Assembly: GCA_046351535.1 (NCBI GenBank)
Contig: JAXLYG010000023.1
Span: 128,001-185,138 of the forward strand
Source: Polyangiales bacterium
GTDB lineage: Bacteria > Myxococcota_A > Polyangia > Polyangiales > Ga0077539
DNA length: 57,138 nt
Direction of reading: 5' to 3'
Position numbers and translations under genes: made by a program. The notes under the pieces are model-generated. The model did no database searches and was not told where the DNA came from. It saw only the letters and a program-made list of their open reading frames with translations. This document shows, piece by piece, positions 24,935-34,549 of this stretch. Position 1 is the stretch's first letter. Every line of letters begins with the position of its first letter.

Positions 24935-26983
24935 ATGCGCAACCCCTCTGCCCTCGCGCTGACCCTCGCCCTCTTCGGCTGCGGCACCAGGAGCCCGACC
25001 ACGCCCGACGCCGCCGCCGATCGACCGCAGGGCAGCGATGCACCCGCCGATGTCGTCGTCGACACACCCGTCGCGGATACGCCCATCGCGGATACGCCCG
25101 TCGCAGATATGCCCGTCACCGACGTGCCCATCGCAGATAGGCCCATCGCAGATGTGCCCGACGCTGCGGTGATTCCGGGGTCGTCGGTGACGTACACCGA
25201 GACGCGCGCCGCGTGTCGTGACCGCAATCCGCTGCGGAACGCGTACTTCGGCGACTTTCACGTGCACACGTCGCTCTCGTTCGACGCGTACGGGTGGGAG
25301 AACCGCAACGACCAGTCGGCCGCGTACCGCTTCGCGCGGGGAGAGACCATCCGGCTCGCGCCCCTCGGCCCCGACGGTCAGGGCACGCGCCCCGTACGGC
25401 TGGAGCGTCCGCTCGACTTCACCGCGGTCACCGATCACTCGGAGTTCCTCGGCGAGGTGAGCATCTGCAACGACCCCACGGCCACGGGCTACGACTCGAC
25501 GATCTGCCGCGGCTTCCGCTCGGGGGGAATGATCGGCTTCGCGGAGTTCGGCCTCCAGCTCGCGCGCACCGACCCCTCGCGATACCCCTTCTGCGGCGCG
25601 GCGGGCGCCAACTGCCTCGCCGCCGAGGGGCGCGTGTGGCGCAACGTCCAGAGCGCCGCCGAGGGCGCGTACGACCGCACCGCCGACTGCCGCTTCACGT
25701 CCTTCGTGGCCTACGAGTGGACGGGCACCACGGGCGGCGCGACGCTCCACCGCAACGTGATCTTTCGCAACGGCCAGGTGCCCGCGCGGCCCATCACGTA
25801 CATCGACGAGCCCACGGCGCCGGGCCTCTGGGCCACGCTCCGCCAGCGCTGCAACGCCTCGACGCCGGGCTGCGACGTGCTCGCGATCCCGCACAACTCG
25901 AACCTCTCGAACAACCGCGCCTTCGCCGTCGAGTACCCGTCGGGCTCCACGATGGAGCAGCAGCGCATGCTCGCTTCGCTGCGCGCCGACATGGAGCCCC
26001 TCGTCGAGATGGTGCAGCACAAGGGCGCGTCGGAGTGCAACCGGGCCTTCAGCGCCACCGACGAGGCCTGCGGCTTCGAGATGGCCAACGACGCCCCCAT
26101 GTGCACCTCGATGCCGCCGGGGATGGGCGGCTGCGTCGGCCGCGGAGACTACGTGCGATACGCGCTCCAGACGGGACTCAGCGAGGAGCGGCGCCTCGGC
26201 GTCAACCCCCACCGCCTGGGCTTCATCGCGTCGACCGACACGCACAACTCCACGCCTGGCAACACCGCGGAGCAGAGCTTTCCCGGTCACGTCGGGACGC
26301 AGGACGACGCGCCCGACGAGCGGCTCACCGACTCGATCAAGGTCTTCAGCCCCGGCGGCCTCGTGGGCGTGTGGGCCATCGAGAACTCCCGCGACGCGAT
26401 CTTCGACGCCCTCCGCCGCCGCGAGACCTTCGCCACCAGCGGCAACCGCATCCGCGTGCGCATGTTCGGGGGATGGACCTATCCCGCATCGATCTGTTCG
26501 GACCCCGAACTTGTTCGTCGCGGCTACACCGAAGGCGTCGCGCAGGGCGGGTCTCTCCCCGCTCGTTCGGGGACGAACAATCCCCGCTTCGTGGTGATGG
26601 CGACGGCCGACGCGACGCCGCTCCAGCGCGTCGAGATCATCAAGGTCTGGATCGACGCCGCGGGCGAGGCCCACGAGCGCGTGGTCACCGCCGCGGGCTC
26701 GGCCTCGAACGGCGCCTCGGTCGACACCAACACCTGCGCCACCACGCCGGGCGCCGGTCAGATGTCGCTCTGCGGCGTGTGGACCGACGACCAGTACAAC
26801 CCCGCCGAGCGCGCGGCCTACTACGCCCGCGTCCTCGAGAACCCCACGTGCCGGTGGAGCACCTGGGCGTGCAACGCGCTCGCGGCGTCGAGCCGCCCCG
26901 CGGCCTGCACCGACGGGTCGATTCCCCGGAGCATCCAGGAGCGCGCGTGGAGCTCGCCGATCTACTCCTCGCCGACGCCCTGA
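24935..26983 (+). CDS. DUF3604-family lipoprotein with N-terminal P-[VI]-ADTP repeats
   Basis: Lipobox LALFGCGT. Repeats DTPVADTPIADTPVADMPVTDVPIADRPIADVPD. YFGDFHVHTSLSFDAY is the DUF3604/PHP-like metal motif. Confidence 0.7.
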   Translation: MRNPSALALTLALFGCGTRSPTTPDAAADRPQGSDAPADVVVDTPVADTPIADTPVADMPVTDVPIADRPIADVPDAAVIPGSSVTYTETRAACRDRNPLRNAYFGDFHVHTSLSFDAYGWENRNDQSAAYRFARGETIRLAPLGPDGQGTRPVRLERPLDFTAVTDHSEFLGEVSICNDPTATGYDSTICRGFRSGGMIGFAEFGLQLARTDPSRYPFCGAAGANCLAAEGRVWRNVQSAAEGAYDRTADCRFTSFVAYEWTGTTGGATLHRNVIFRNGQVPARPITYIDEPTAPGLWATLRQRCNASTPGCDVLAIPHNSNLSNNRAFAVEYPSGSTMEQQRMLASLRADMEPLVEMVQHKGASECNRAFSATDEACGFEMANDAPMCTSMPPGMGGCVGRGDYVRYALQTGLSEERRLGVNPHRLGFIASTDTHNSTPGNTAEQSFPGHVGTQDDAPDERLTDSIKVFSPGGLVGVWAIENSRDAIFDALRRRETFATSGNRIRVRMFGGWTYPASICSDPELVRRGYTEGVAQGGSLPARSGTNNPRFVVMATADATPLQRVEIIKVWIDAAGEAHERVVTAAGSASNGASVDTNTCATTPGAGQMSLCGVWTDDQYNPAERAAYYARVLENPTCRWSTWACNALAASSRPAACTDGSIPRSIQERAWSSPIYSSPTP

Positions 26984-27811
26984 ATGACCCCGCGTACCCG
27001 CTGGTGGCGCGAGCCCGCGCTTCATTTCGTGCTCCTCGGCGCCGGGGTGTTCGCCCTCGACGCGTGGCGACGCCCGAGGGCCTCTCCGCGCGACGTCGAG
27101 GTCTCGGCCACCTACGTGACCGGCCTGCGCGAGGAGTACACGCGGCGCTACGGCCGCGCGCCGACGCGCGACGAGCTGCGCGCCGAGGTCGACCGCTTCG
27201 TCCGCGAGGAGGTGCTCTACCGCGAGGCCCTCGCGCTCGGCCTCGACCGCGGCGACCTCATCATCCGAAGGCGCCTCGTGCAGAAGATGGAGTTCTTTCT
27301 CGAAGACGTCGCGCCGCCGCGGAGCCCTTCAGACGAGACCCTCGGGGCCTATCTCGCAGCCCACGCCGACCGCTACGCGTCGCCGCCGAGGGTGAGCCTG
27401 CGCCACGTCTTCTTCGACCGCGGTCGACGCGGCGCGCGCCTCGACGCCGACGCCCGCGCGGCCCTCGCGGCGCTCCGTGGCGGGGCCGATGCAGCGACGC
27501 TCGGCGATCCCTTCGTGAGCGGGAGTTCCATCGTCGACGCGGAGGTGTCGCGCGTGGCGGGCGACTTCGGCGACGGCTTCGCGCGCGCCGTCGAGGGCCT
27601 CTCGACGGGGAGCTGGCAGGGGCCCGTGGCGTCGTCGTACGGGCTCCACCTGGTGCTCGTCACGGCGCGCGCTGCGGGGACGGCGCGGCGCCTCGACGAG
27701 GTGCGCGATCGGGTGATCTCAGACTGGCGCGTCGACGACCGCGAGCGGGCCAACCGCGAGGCGTACCGCCGCGTCGCCGAGACCTACCGCGTGCGCGTGG
27801 AGGGGCTGTGA
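26984..27811 (+). CDS. parvulin/SurA-like peptidyl-prolyl isomerase family protein (weak)
   Basis: ATG immediately after the stop of the DUF3604 gene (TGAATG). N-terminal TM/signal anchor. The C-terminal region GSWQGPVASSYGLHLVLV resembles a PpiC-type PPIase core. The assignment is tentative. Confidence 0.45.
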   Translation: MTPRTRWWREPALHFVLLGAGVFALDAWRRPRASPRDVEVSATYVTGLREEYTRRYGRAPTRDELRAEVDRFVREEVLYREALALGLDRGDLIIRRRLVQKMEFFLEDVAPPRSPSDETLGAYLAAHADRYASPPRVSLRHVFFDRGRRGARLDADARAALAALRGGADAATLGDPFVSGSSIVDAEVSRVAGDFGDGFARAVEGLSTGSWQGPVASSYGLHLVLVTARAAGTARRLDEVRDRVISDWRVDDRERANREAYRRVAETYRVRVEGL

Positions 27812-28830
27812 GGGCGCGCGTCGCGGCGCTTCTTGCGGCGCTGATCGCGGCGCCCACGGTGGCGCGCGCGCACGGGTTCTCGCCCGCCTACCTCGAACTT
27901 CGTGAGCGCGCCGACGGCAGGGTCGAGGTGCTCTGGAAGGTCCCCCTCGCGGGCGAGGGCGGCGTCGAGGGGAGAGAGCCCGTGAGCGTGCGCCTCCCGC
28001 GCGCGTGCCGCGAGGTCGCGCGCAGGGAGCCCGCGAGCGTTCCGGGGGCCGTGATCGATCGCTACGCGGTCGACTGCGGACCGGGCGGAATCGGCGGCGC
28101 GACGGTCACCCTCGTGAGCCCCGAGGGACGCGGCTGCGACGTGATGGTCTCGCTGCGCTTCGCCTCGGGGCAGCGATACACCGGGCTCCTGCGCGCGGGC
28201 GCGGCCTCGCTGGAGCTTCCGCGGTCGACGGGCGGGTCCGCGTGGCGCGTGGCGAGGAGCTACCTCGGCGAGGGCGTGAAGCACATCGCGACGGGCGCCG
28301 ATCACCTGCTCTTCGTGCTCGGGTTGCTGCTCCTCGTGCGAGGCGTCGGCGCGCTCATTCGAACGGTGACCGCGTTCACCGTGGGGCACAGCGTGACCCT
28401 CGCCCTCGCGACGCTCGGCGTCGTGCGGATGCCCTCGGCGCCCGTCGAGGCCGTCATCGCCCTCAGCATTCTTCTGCTGGCCGTCGAGCTCTCGCGCGAG
28501 GGTGACGGCGAGACCCTCACGCGGCGCGCTCCGTGGCTCGTGGCGGGCGGCTTCGGGCTGCTCCACGGCTTCGGCTTCGCGGGGGCGCTCATGGAGGCGG
28601 GGCTCCCGGCGCGGAACGTTCCCCTCGCGCTGCTGTTCTTCAACGTGGGCGTCGAGCTCGGGCAGGTGGTCTTCGTGGCCTTCGCGCTCGCCGCGCTCGC
28701 CGCCGTGAAGCGCCTCTCGCGCGATCGTTCGGACACCGTACGATCGGCGCTCACCTACGGCATCGGCGCGGCGTCGACCTACTGGTTTCTCATGCGATTC
28801 GCTGTCGTCGCAGGATGGTTCGAACCCTGA
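27808..28830 (+). CDS. HupE/UreJ-family membrane protein with N-terminal periplasmic domain
   Basis: GTG start overlaps the stop of the preceding gene (GTGA). Signal peptide and a 130-aa soluble domain. TM region with HLLFVLGLLLL, TVGHS and HGFGFAGAL, which are HupE/UreJ signatures. Confidence 0.65.
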   Translation: MRARVAALLAALIAAPTVARAHGFSPAYLELRERADGRVEVLWKVPLAGEGGVEGREPVSVRLPRACREVARREPASVPGAVIDRYAVDCGPGGIGGATVTLVSPEGRGCDVMVSLRFASGQRYTGLLRAGAASLELPRSTGGSAWRVARSYLGEGVKHIATGADHLLFVLGLLLLVRGVGALIRTVTAFTVGHSVTLALATLGVVRMPSAPVEAVIALSILLLAVELSREGDGETLTRRAPWLVAGGFGLLHGFGFAGALMEAGLPARNVPLALLFFNVGVELGQVVFVAFALAALAAVKRLSRDRSDTVRSALTYGIGAASTYWFLMRFAVVAGWFEP

Positions 28831-28852
28831 ACGATCGGCGCGATCCGCCGCC

Positions 28853-30688
28853 TCACGCAGCGTCGCGCGGGATCGTCACGGTGAAGGTGCTCCCCGCCCC
28901 CGGCGCGCTCTGCACGCGGAGCTCGCCGCCGTGTTGCAGCACGATCTCTCGCGCGATGCTCATGCCGAGGCCGTGCCTCCACCCGCCCGACTGCGTGGGG
29001 CGCTGCCGCGCGGTCTCGCTGTCGAGCATGCGCGCGAGCTCGTCGACGGCGACCCCTTCGCCCGTGTCGACGATCGAGATCGAGAGCGCGCGCTCGTCGC
29101 ACGCGGCGCCGAGCGTGACGCTGCCTCCCGCGGGCGTGTGACGGATCGCGTTCGAAACGATGTTCGCGAGCACGATGCTGATCTTCTCGACGTCGAGCTC
29201 GACGTCGGGCAGGGCGCCGGGCTCCGTGAGGTCGAGCGAGACGCCCTTGTCGCGCGCGATGGCGCGGTGCATCTCGATGGCCGAGAGGAGCAGGCGCCGC
29301 GGCTGCACGGCCGTGCGTCGGAGGTCGCCTGCCTCGGTCTCGATGCGCACGAGGTCGAGGAGCTCGTCGACGAGCGCGCGGAGGCGCTCGGTGTCGTCGC
29401 GCGCGGAGGTCACGATCTCGCGCTGCGTGTCGGTGAGCGCGCCCGCGGATGGTTCGAGGAGCAGGTGCGTCGCCATGCGCAGCGAGGTGAGCGGCGTCTT
29501 GAACTCGTGGCTCACGGTGGCGACCATGTCGCTCTTGAGCTCGTCGATGCGGCGAAGGCGCGTGACGTCTTGCGCCACCACCACGGCCCCGCGAAGCGTC
29601 GCGCCGTCGCCCCGCAGCGGCGCCGCGCGCACGAGGAAGTACCGATCGCCGCCGCGGTCGCGCCAGCGCATCGCCTCGGAGAGGTTGCGCGGCGTGACGG
29701 GGCGCCCCGCGGCGAGCACCTCGTCTCGGGCGCGCGCGAAGGCCTCGGGGAGCGAGGCGTCGCGTGAGGGGGCGCCCTCGGCGTCGGCGCGGAGTCCGAA
29801 GGTGCGCACGGCGGCCTCGTTGGCGAGGAGCACGGCGTCGCCCTCGCCGCACACGACCACGGGGTCGACGAGGCAGCGCACGGTGGCGTCGGCGAGGTCC
29901 TGCGCGGCGCGGAGCTCGCCGAGGGAGCTCGCGCGGTACGCCCGCAGCCGCGTGAGCATCTTCTGGAACGACTCGACGAGGGGCGCCAGCTCGCGCACCT
30001 CGGGGTCTTCGATCACCACGTCGAGCTCGCCGTCGCCGATGGCCTTCGCCGCGTCGGAGAGCGCGCGGATGGGCCGCACGATGCCCGAGGGGACGCGCCA
30101 CGCGACCCACAGCGCGAGCGCGAGCGCCGCGGCCACGAGCGCGAGGGTCGTGAGCGTGCTCCGGCGCGCGAGGGCGCGGGCGTCGCGGTCGGCGGCCTCC
30201 ATCGCGGCCTGGTTCATGTGTCGCACGGCGAGCACGGCCGCCTTCACGCCCGCGAAGCGCGGGAGGAGCTCGCGGAGGTAGGTCGCGCGGCGCCCCGGCT
30301 CGGGGCTCGCGAGCGCCTCGTCGACGGCCGTCACGTAGGCCCGATAGCGCGCTTCGAGCGCGTGCACGGCGGCGCCCTCGGCGGCCAGGGTGATGTTCGA
30401 AGCCTCGACGCGAAAGGCCGTCTGAAAGCGCGCGCGGTGCTGTTCGAGCATCGTCCGCGCGATGTCGTCGCGGCCCGTCGACGCGAGGAGCGCCGCGGAG
30501 TCGAGGCGCTCGAGGGCCTCGTTCATCGCGTCGCAGGCCACGACGGAGCGGTAGTTCTCGCGGAGGATCGTGTCGATGGCGCCGCCGAGGCGCGTGAGCG
30601 AGACCATCGCCGAGCCCGCCACGACGGCGAGCGCGACGGTGATCGCCGCGAGGGCGAAGGTGACGCGGGCGCGCAGCGAGCGTTGCAT
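28853..30688 (-). CDS. membrane sensor histidine kinase (2 TM, periplasmic loop, HAMP, HisKA, HATPase)
   Basis: TM1 near the N-terminus and TM2 TLTTLALVAAALALALWVAW, followed by HAMP. H-box SHEFKTPLTSL, N-box LANIVSNAIRH, G1 DTGEGV, G2 GLGMSIA. Confidence 0.8.
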   Translation of the reverse strand: MQRSLRARVTFALAAITVALAVVAGSAMVSLTRLGGAIDTILRENYRSVVACDAMNEALERLDSAALLASTGRDDIARTMLEQHRARFQTAFRVEASNITLAAEGAAVHALEARYRAYVTAVDEALASPEPGRRATYLRELLPRFAGVKAAVLAVRHMNQAAMEAADRDARALARRSTLTTLALVAAALALALWVAWRVPSGIVRPIRALSDAAKAIGDGELDVVIEDPEVRELAPLVESFQKMLTRLRAYRASSLGELRAAQDLADATVRCLVDPVVVCGEGDAVLLANEAAVRTFGLRADAEGAPSRDASLPEAFARARDEVLAAGRPVTPRNLSEAMRWRDRGGDRYFLVRAAPLRGDGATLRGAVVVAQDVTRLRRIDELKSDMVATVSHEFKTPLTSLRMATHLLLEPSAGALTDTQREIVTSARDDTERLRALVDELLDLVRIETEAGDLRRTAVQPRRLLLSAIEMHRAIARDKGVSLDLTEPGALPDVELDVEKISIVLANIVSNAIRHTPAGGSVTLGAACDERALSISIVDTGEGVAVDELARMLDSETARQRPTQSGGWRHGLGMSIAREIVLQHGGELRVQSAPGAGSTFTVTIPRDAA

Positions 30689-30698
30689 CGTCGTCGCC

Positions 30699-32039
30699 TC
30701 AGCGAAGGCCGTAGCGCTCGCGCTTGCGGTAGAGCGTCGAGGGGTCGATGCCGAGGGCCTTCGCCGCGGCGTCGAGGGAGGGCGTCCGCGCGAGCACGTC
30801 GGCGATGTGCCTGCGCTCGGCCGCTTCGAGGGAGTCGTCGTCGAGGGCCGCGGCCGCGGGCGCGCCGCCGCGAATCTCTTCGGGCAGGAGGTCGGGCGTG
30901 ATCGTGTCGCTCTCGCAGAGGATCACCGCGCGCTCGATGACGTTCGCGAGCTCGCGCAGGTTGCCGGGCCAGCGGTACGCGCAGAGGGCCGCGCGCGTGG
31001 CGGGGGCGAGCGTGAGGGCGCCGCGGCGGTGCTGCGCGCCGAGGTCGGCCACGGCGGCGGCGCAGAGGTCGGCGAGGTCTTCGCGGCGCTCGCGCAGCGG
31101 AGGGAGCGTGGCGGACACGACGTCGAGCCTGAAATACAGGTCTTCGCGGAAGTTCCCCGCGGCGACGGAGGCCTTGAGGTCGCGGTGCGTGGCGGCGATC
31201 ACGCGGGCGTCGAAGCGCCGCGGCTCGGAGTCTCCGACGCGCACGTACTCGTGCTCCTCGAGGAGCCGCAGGAGCTTGCCCTGCGCGTCGCGCGGGAGGT
31301 CGCCCACCTCGTCGAGGAAGAGGGTTCCGTTGCCCGCGGCCTCGACGTGTCCGACGCGTCCGCGGTCGGCGCCGGTGAAGGCCCCCTTCGCGTGTCCGAA
31401 GAGCTCGCTCTCGACGAGCGAGGCCGCGACGACGGCGCAGTTGAAGGTCACGAAGGGCCGGTCGCGGCGCGGCGAGAGCGCGTGGATGTGCCTCGCGAGG
31501 AAGCCCTTTCCCGTACCCGTCTCGCCGAGGAGGAGGATCGTCGCGTCGGTCATCGCGGCGCGCGTGGCGACGGCGAGGCACTGCTGCATGGCGGGGCTCC
31601 GCGTGTCGAAGCGCGCGCGCACGCCGCGGCCGCCCGCGCGCTTGAGCTCCGCCAGCTCGTGCTGGACGCGCGCCTGCGAGAGCACCTTCTCGACGGCGTG
31701 GAGCACCTGCGCCGGGGTGAAGGGCTTGGCGAGGTAGTCGACGGCGCCCGCGCGCATCGCGTCGACGGCGTTGTCGATCGTGGCGTACGCGGTCATCAAG
31801 ATCACGGCCGTCGCGGGCGCGTCGTGGGCGAGCGCGCGCACCACGGCGAGGCCGTCGAGGCCCGGCATGCGCAAATCGACGAGGGCCACGTCGGGCGGCG
31901 CGCGCCGCGCGGCGGCGAGGCCCGCCTCGCCGTCGGGCGCGAGGGTAACGTGGTAGCCCGCGCCTTCGAGGCACACGCGGAGCATCATGCGGATGTTGGC
32001 CTCGTCGTCGACGACGAGCACGCGGCCGCTGGCGCTCAT
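30699..32039 (-). CDS. sigma-54-dependent response regulator (NtrC family: receiver + AAA+ + Fis HTH)
   Basis: ATG at 32039 (MSASGRVLVVDDEANIRMML). Walker A GETGTGKG, the sigma-54 contact motif ESELFGHAKGAFTGA (GAFTGA), and a C-terminal HTH LGIDPSTLYRKRERYG. Confidence 0.85.
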   Translation of the reverse strand: MSASGRVLVVDDEANIRMMLRVCLEGAGYHVTLAPDGEAGLAAARRAPPDVALVDLRMPGLDGLAVVRALAHDAPATAVILMTAYATIDNAVDAMRAGAVDYLAKPFTPAQVLHAVEKVLSQARVQHELAELKRAGGRGVRARFDTRSPAMQQCLAVATRAAMTDATILLLGETGTGKGFLARHIHALSPRRDRPFVTFNCAVVAASLVESELFGHAKGAFTGADRGRVGHVEAAGNGTLFLDEVGDLPRDAQGKLLRLLEEHEYVRVGDSEPRRFDARVIAATHRDLKASVAAGNFREDLYFRLDVVSATLPPLRERREDLADLCAAAVADLGAQHRRGALTLAPATRAALCAYRWPGNLRELANVIERAVILCESDTITPDLLPEEIRGGAPAAAALDDDSLEAAERRHIADVLARTPSLDAAAKALGIDPSTLYRKRERYGLR

Positions 32040-32992
32040 CGCGCGGCCTCGCGGGCGTCGAGGAGGGCCGCGGCGTCGAGGGGCGGATCGGCGGTGAGCG
32101 GTCCGTCGCCAAGGCGCGCGAGGAGCGGGCCGATGCGCTCGGGGCGGGCGTCGGTGAGGCACAGCGCGAAGGCCTCGGAGCCCCGCGCGCGGAGGTGCAT
32201 CGCGGGCGGCGTGTTGAGGGAGAGCGAGGCGGTCATCACGGTGATCCTCGGTTCGTCGGAGGGCGCGTCGACGCGCCGATGGTGCTCCGAAACGTGCTGC
32301 GGCACATGGGAGAATCGCGCGTCGAGGGAATCGACGGGGCGCGCGCCCTCGTAGCGCGCGACGCGGGCGATGGCCTCGTGGAGGTCGATGCCGAGGTCGT
32401 CGTCGCGGCGCAGCGCGAGGGCGGCGCGGTAGCCGCGGAGGGCGTCGTCGTCGCGTCCTTCGAGCTCGGCGCGGAGGGCTTCGAGCGAGAGCACCTCGGC
32501 GTCGAGGGGGGCGCGGGCCCAGGCGCGCGCGAGGGGCGCCGCGGCGCGCGCGGGGGCGTTCTGCGAGAGGGCGACGGAGGCCGCGCGCACGGCCGCGGCG
32601 TGGTCGAGCGACGAGGTCTCACCGGGCGCGGCGCGGACGAGGGTGCGCGCCACGGCGTCGCGGAGCTCGGTGGGGGTGAAGGGCTTGGGGAGCGCCTCGT
32701 ACACGCCGAGTCTCAGGAGCTCGACGAGCACCGGCGCCGTGAGCGTGGTGCCCGTCACGATCACCGCGACGCGGGGGAACTGCGTTCGAAGCAGGCGCAC
32801 CTCCTGAAGCGGCGCGCCGTCGCCCGCGAGCTGATCGATCACCGCGAGTTCGAAGGCCTCGTCGTCGAGGAGCACGCGGGCGTGTCGAACGGAGGCGAAC
32901 TCCTCGACGGTGTACCCCGCGGCCGTGAGGGCCCGGTCGAGCATGGTCCGCCCCGAGGCGTCGGGCTCCACGACGAGCAGACGGCGGGTCAC
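32036..32992 (-). CDS. orphan response-regulator receiver protein with long Ala-rich C-terminal extension
   Basis: GTG at 32992 overlaps the stop of the KdpD-N gene (GTGA). Its own stop overlaps the ATG of the sigma-54 regulator (ATGA). Receiver core LLVVEPD...VIDQ...KPF. No recognisable output domain. Confidence 0.55.
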   Translation of the reverse strand: MTRRLLVVEPDASGRTMLDRALTAAGYTVEEFASVRHARVLLDDEAFELAVIDQLAGDGAPLQEVRLLRTQFPRVAVIVTGTTLTAPVLVELLRLGVYEALPKPFTPTELRDAVARTLVRAAPGETSSLDHAAAVRAASVALSQNAPARAAAPLARAWARAPLDAEVLSLEALRAELEGRDDDALRGYRAALALRRDDDLGIDLHEAIARVARYEGARPVDSLDARFSHVPQHVSEHHRRVDAPSDEPRITVMTASLSLNTPPAMHLRARGSEAFALCLTDARPERIGPLLARLGDGPLTADPPLDAAALLDAREAAR

Positions 32993-34155
32993 GGCGACTC
33001 CGTGGTGCCGGGGTCGTCTTCGCGGGTGCCGACCACGAGCACGTCGACCTCGGGCGCCGTGCGCATGAAGCGATCGAGCACCGAGCCCAGGAGCCGGTCG
33101 CGCCACGCGGATCTGCGCGAGCGACCGAAGACCGCGTGGGTGATCCCGCGCTCACGGGCGAAGCGCGCGAGGGCCTCGGCCACGTCGCCGCCTTCGAGGC
33201 GAACGACCTCGGCGCCGAGCTCCTTCGCGAGCCGGATGTTCTCGGTGAGCGAGCGGAGGGCGGCGGTCTCGATGCGCTCGGGGGTCTCGTCGCGGGTGCG
33301 CACGTACACGACGAACCAGCGGCTGTTGAGCCCGCCCGCGAGGCGCGCGCCCTGACGGAGAAGCCTCCGCGTGGCGCTCGGGGCCGACGACATCGAGACC
33401 ATGACGCGCTCGGCGTCGACGACGGAGAGCGGTCCGCGAGTCTCGTCGCGTCCGCGCGTGGCGTTGGCGCGCGCCCTCGCCCGCTGCTCGACGGCGTTGG
33501 CGACCTCGCGCAGCGCGAGCTGACGGAGCGCGGTGAGGTTGTCGGCGCGAAAGAAGCCCTGCAGCGCCCGCTCGACGCGCGCGGGGGGGTAGACCTTGCC
33601 CGCGCGGAGGCGCTCTTGAAGCTCGTCGGGCGCGAGGTCGACGACGACGATCTCGTCGGCGCGGTGAAGCACCCGGTCGGGCACGCGCTCTCGCACGTCG
33701 ACGCCGGTGGCCCTCAGCACGAGGTCGTGGAGGCTCTCGAGGTGCTGCACGTTGAGGGCGGAGAGCACGCTGATGCCCGCGGTGAGGAGGGTCTCGACGT
33801 CCTGGTGGCGCTTCTCGTTGGTGCTGCCGGGCACGTTGGTGTGCGCGAGCTCGTCGACGACGGCCACGTCGGGCTTGCGCGCGAGCACGGCGGCGAGGTC
33901 CATCTCTTCGAGGGGTACGGCGCGGTACTCGAGGGTGCGTCGGGGGATGATCTCGAGGCCCTCGGTCTCGTCGACGGTCTCCTTGCGGCCGTGCGTCTCG
34001 ACGAAGGCGCACACGACGTCGACGCCCTCGTCGCGGAGGCGCCGCGCGTCGCGCAGCATGGCGACGGTCTTTCCGACGCCCGCGGCCATGCCGAGAAAGA
34101 CCTTGAGCCTCCCCTGCCTGGCCGTGCGGAGCCCGTCGAGAAACGAGTCGCCCAT
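32989..34155 (-). CDS. kdpD: KdpD N-terminal sensor domain + universal stress protein domain (stand-alone; no kinase domain)
   Basis: N-terminal Kdp-type P-loop region RLKVFLGMAAGVGKTVAMLRDARRL...VVCAFVETHGRKETV. C-terminal USP domain (VMVSMSS...FVVYV...AHAVFG). Ends without TM, GAF or HisKA domains. Confidence 0.75.
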   Translation of the reverse strand: MGDSFLDGLRTARQGRLKVFLGMAAGVGKTVAMLRDARRLRDEGVDVVCAFVETHGRKETVDETEGLEIIPRRTLEYRAVPLEEMDLAAVLARKPDVAVVDELAHTNVPGSTNEKRHQDVETLLTAGISVLSALNVQHLESLHDLVLRATGVDVRERVPDRVLHRADEIVVVDLAPDELQERLRAGKVYPPARVERALQGFFRADNLTALRQLALREVANAVEQRARARANATRGRDETRGPLSVVDAERVMVSMSSAPSATRRLLRQGARLAGGLNSRWFVVYVRTRDETPERIETAALRSLTENIRLAKELGAEVVRLEGGDVAEALARFARERGITHAVFGRSRRSAWRDRLLGSVLDRFMRTAPEVDVLVVGTREDDPGTTESP

Positions 34156-34191
34156 CGCGTCACGCGCTCTCTCGCAGGGGTCTCACCAGGG

Positions 34192-34431
34192 TCACGGTCG
34201 CCTCGCGCGAAGCCATCGCATCACGACGACGAGGGTCACGGCCACGAGCATCGCGGCCAGCGTGTCGACGCTCCCGATGATGCTCCGCGCGCGCAGCACG
34301 GTGTAGAGGTGCGCGGCGGTCGACGCGCCTGCGAGCAGCCACACGACCACCTCGTAGCGGGCGAGCGTGCGGTCCTCCTCCTCTTCGGGCGACTTTGGCT
34401 CCATGGGCTTCACGGGGAGGGTCGGGAGCAC
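34192..34431 (-). CDS. small hypothetical membrane protein (79 aa)
   Basis: Two hydrophobic stretches (VVVWLLAGASTAAHLYTVL; LAAMLVAVTLVVVM). Lies between the porin and kdpD-N genes. Coding status is uncertain. Confidence 0.3.
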   Translation of the reverse strand: MLPTLPVKPMEPKSPEEEEDRTLARYEVVVWLLAGASTAAHLYTVLRARSIIGSVDTLAAMLVAVTLVVVMRWLRARRP

Positions 34432-34549
34432 ACCGGGTGCCGTCGGCCACGACCGCGCGATTCGGGGCCTGCGCGCGTCGCGGTCGTGCGAATTGCACGA
34501 AGTCCCACGGCGGTGACCGTGCGCCGCCGCACGGCGATCTGGGAGCGGG

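Noticed and set aside
28811-28830. tRNA T-arm-like string ggttcgaaccc
   Set aside because: It lies inside the HupE C-terminal codons (GWFEP). No acceptor or anticodon stem context is present. It is coincidental.
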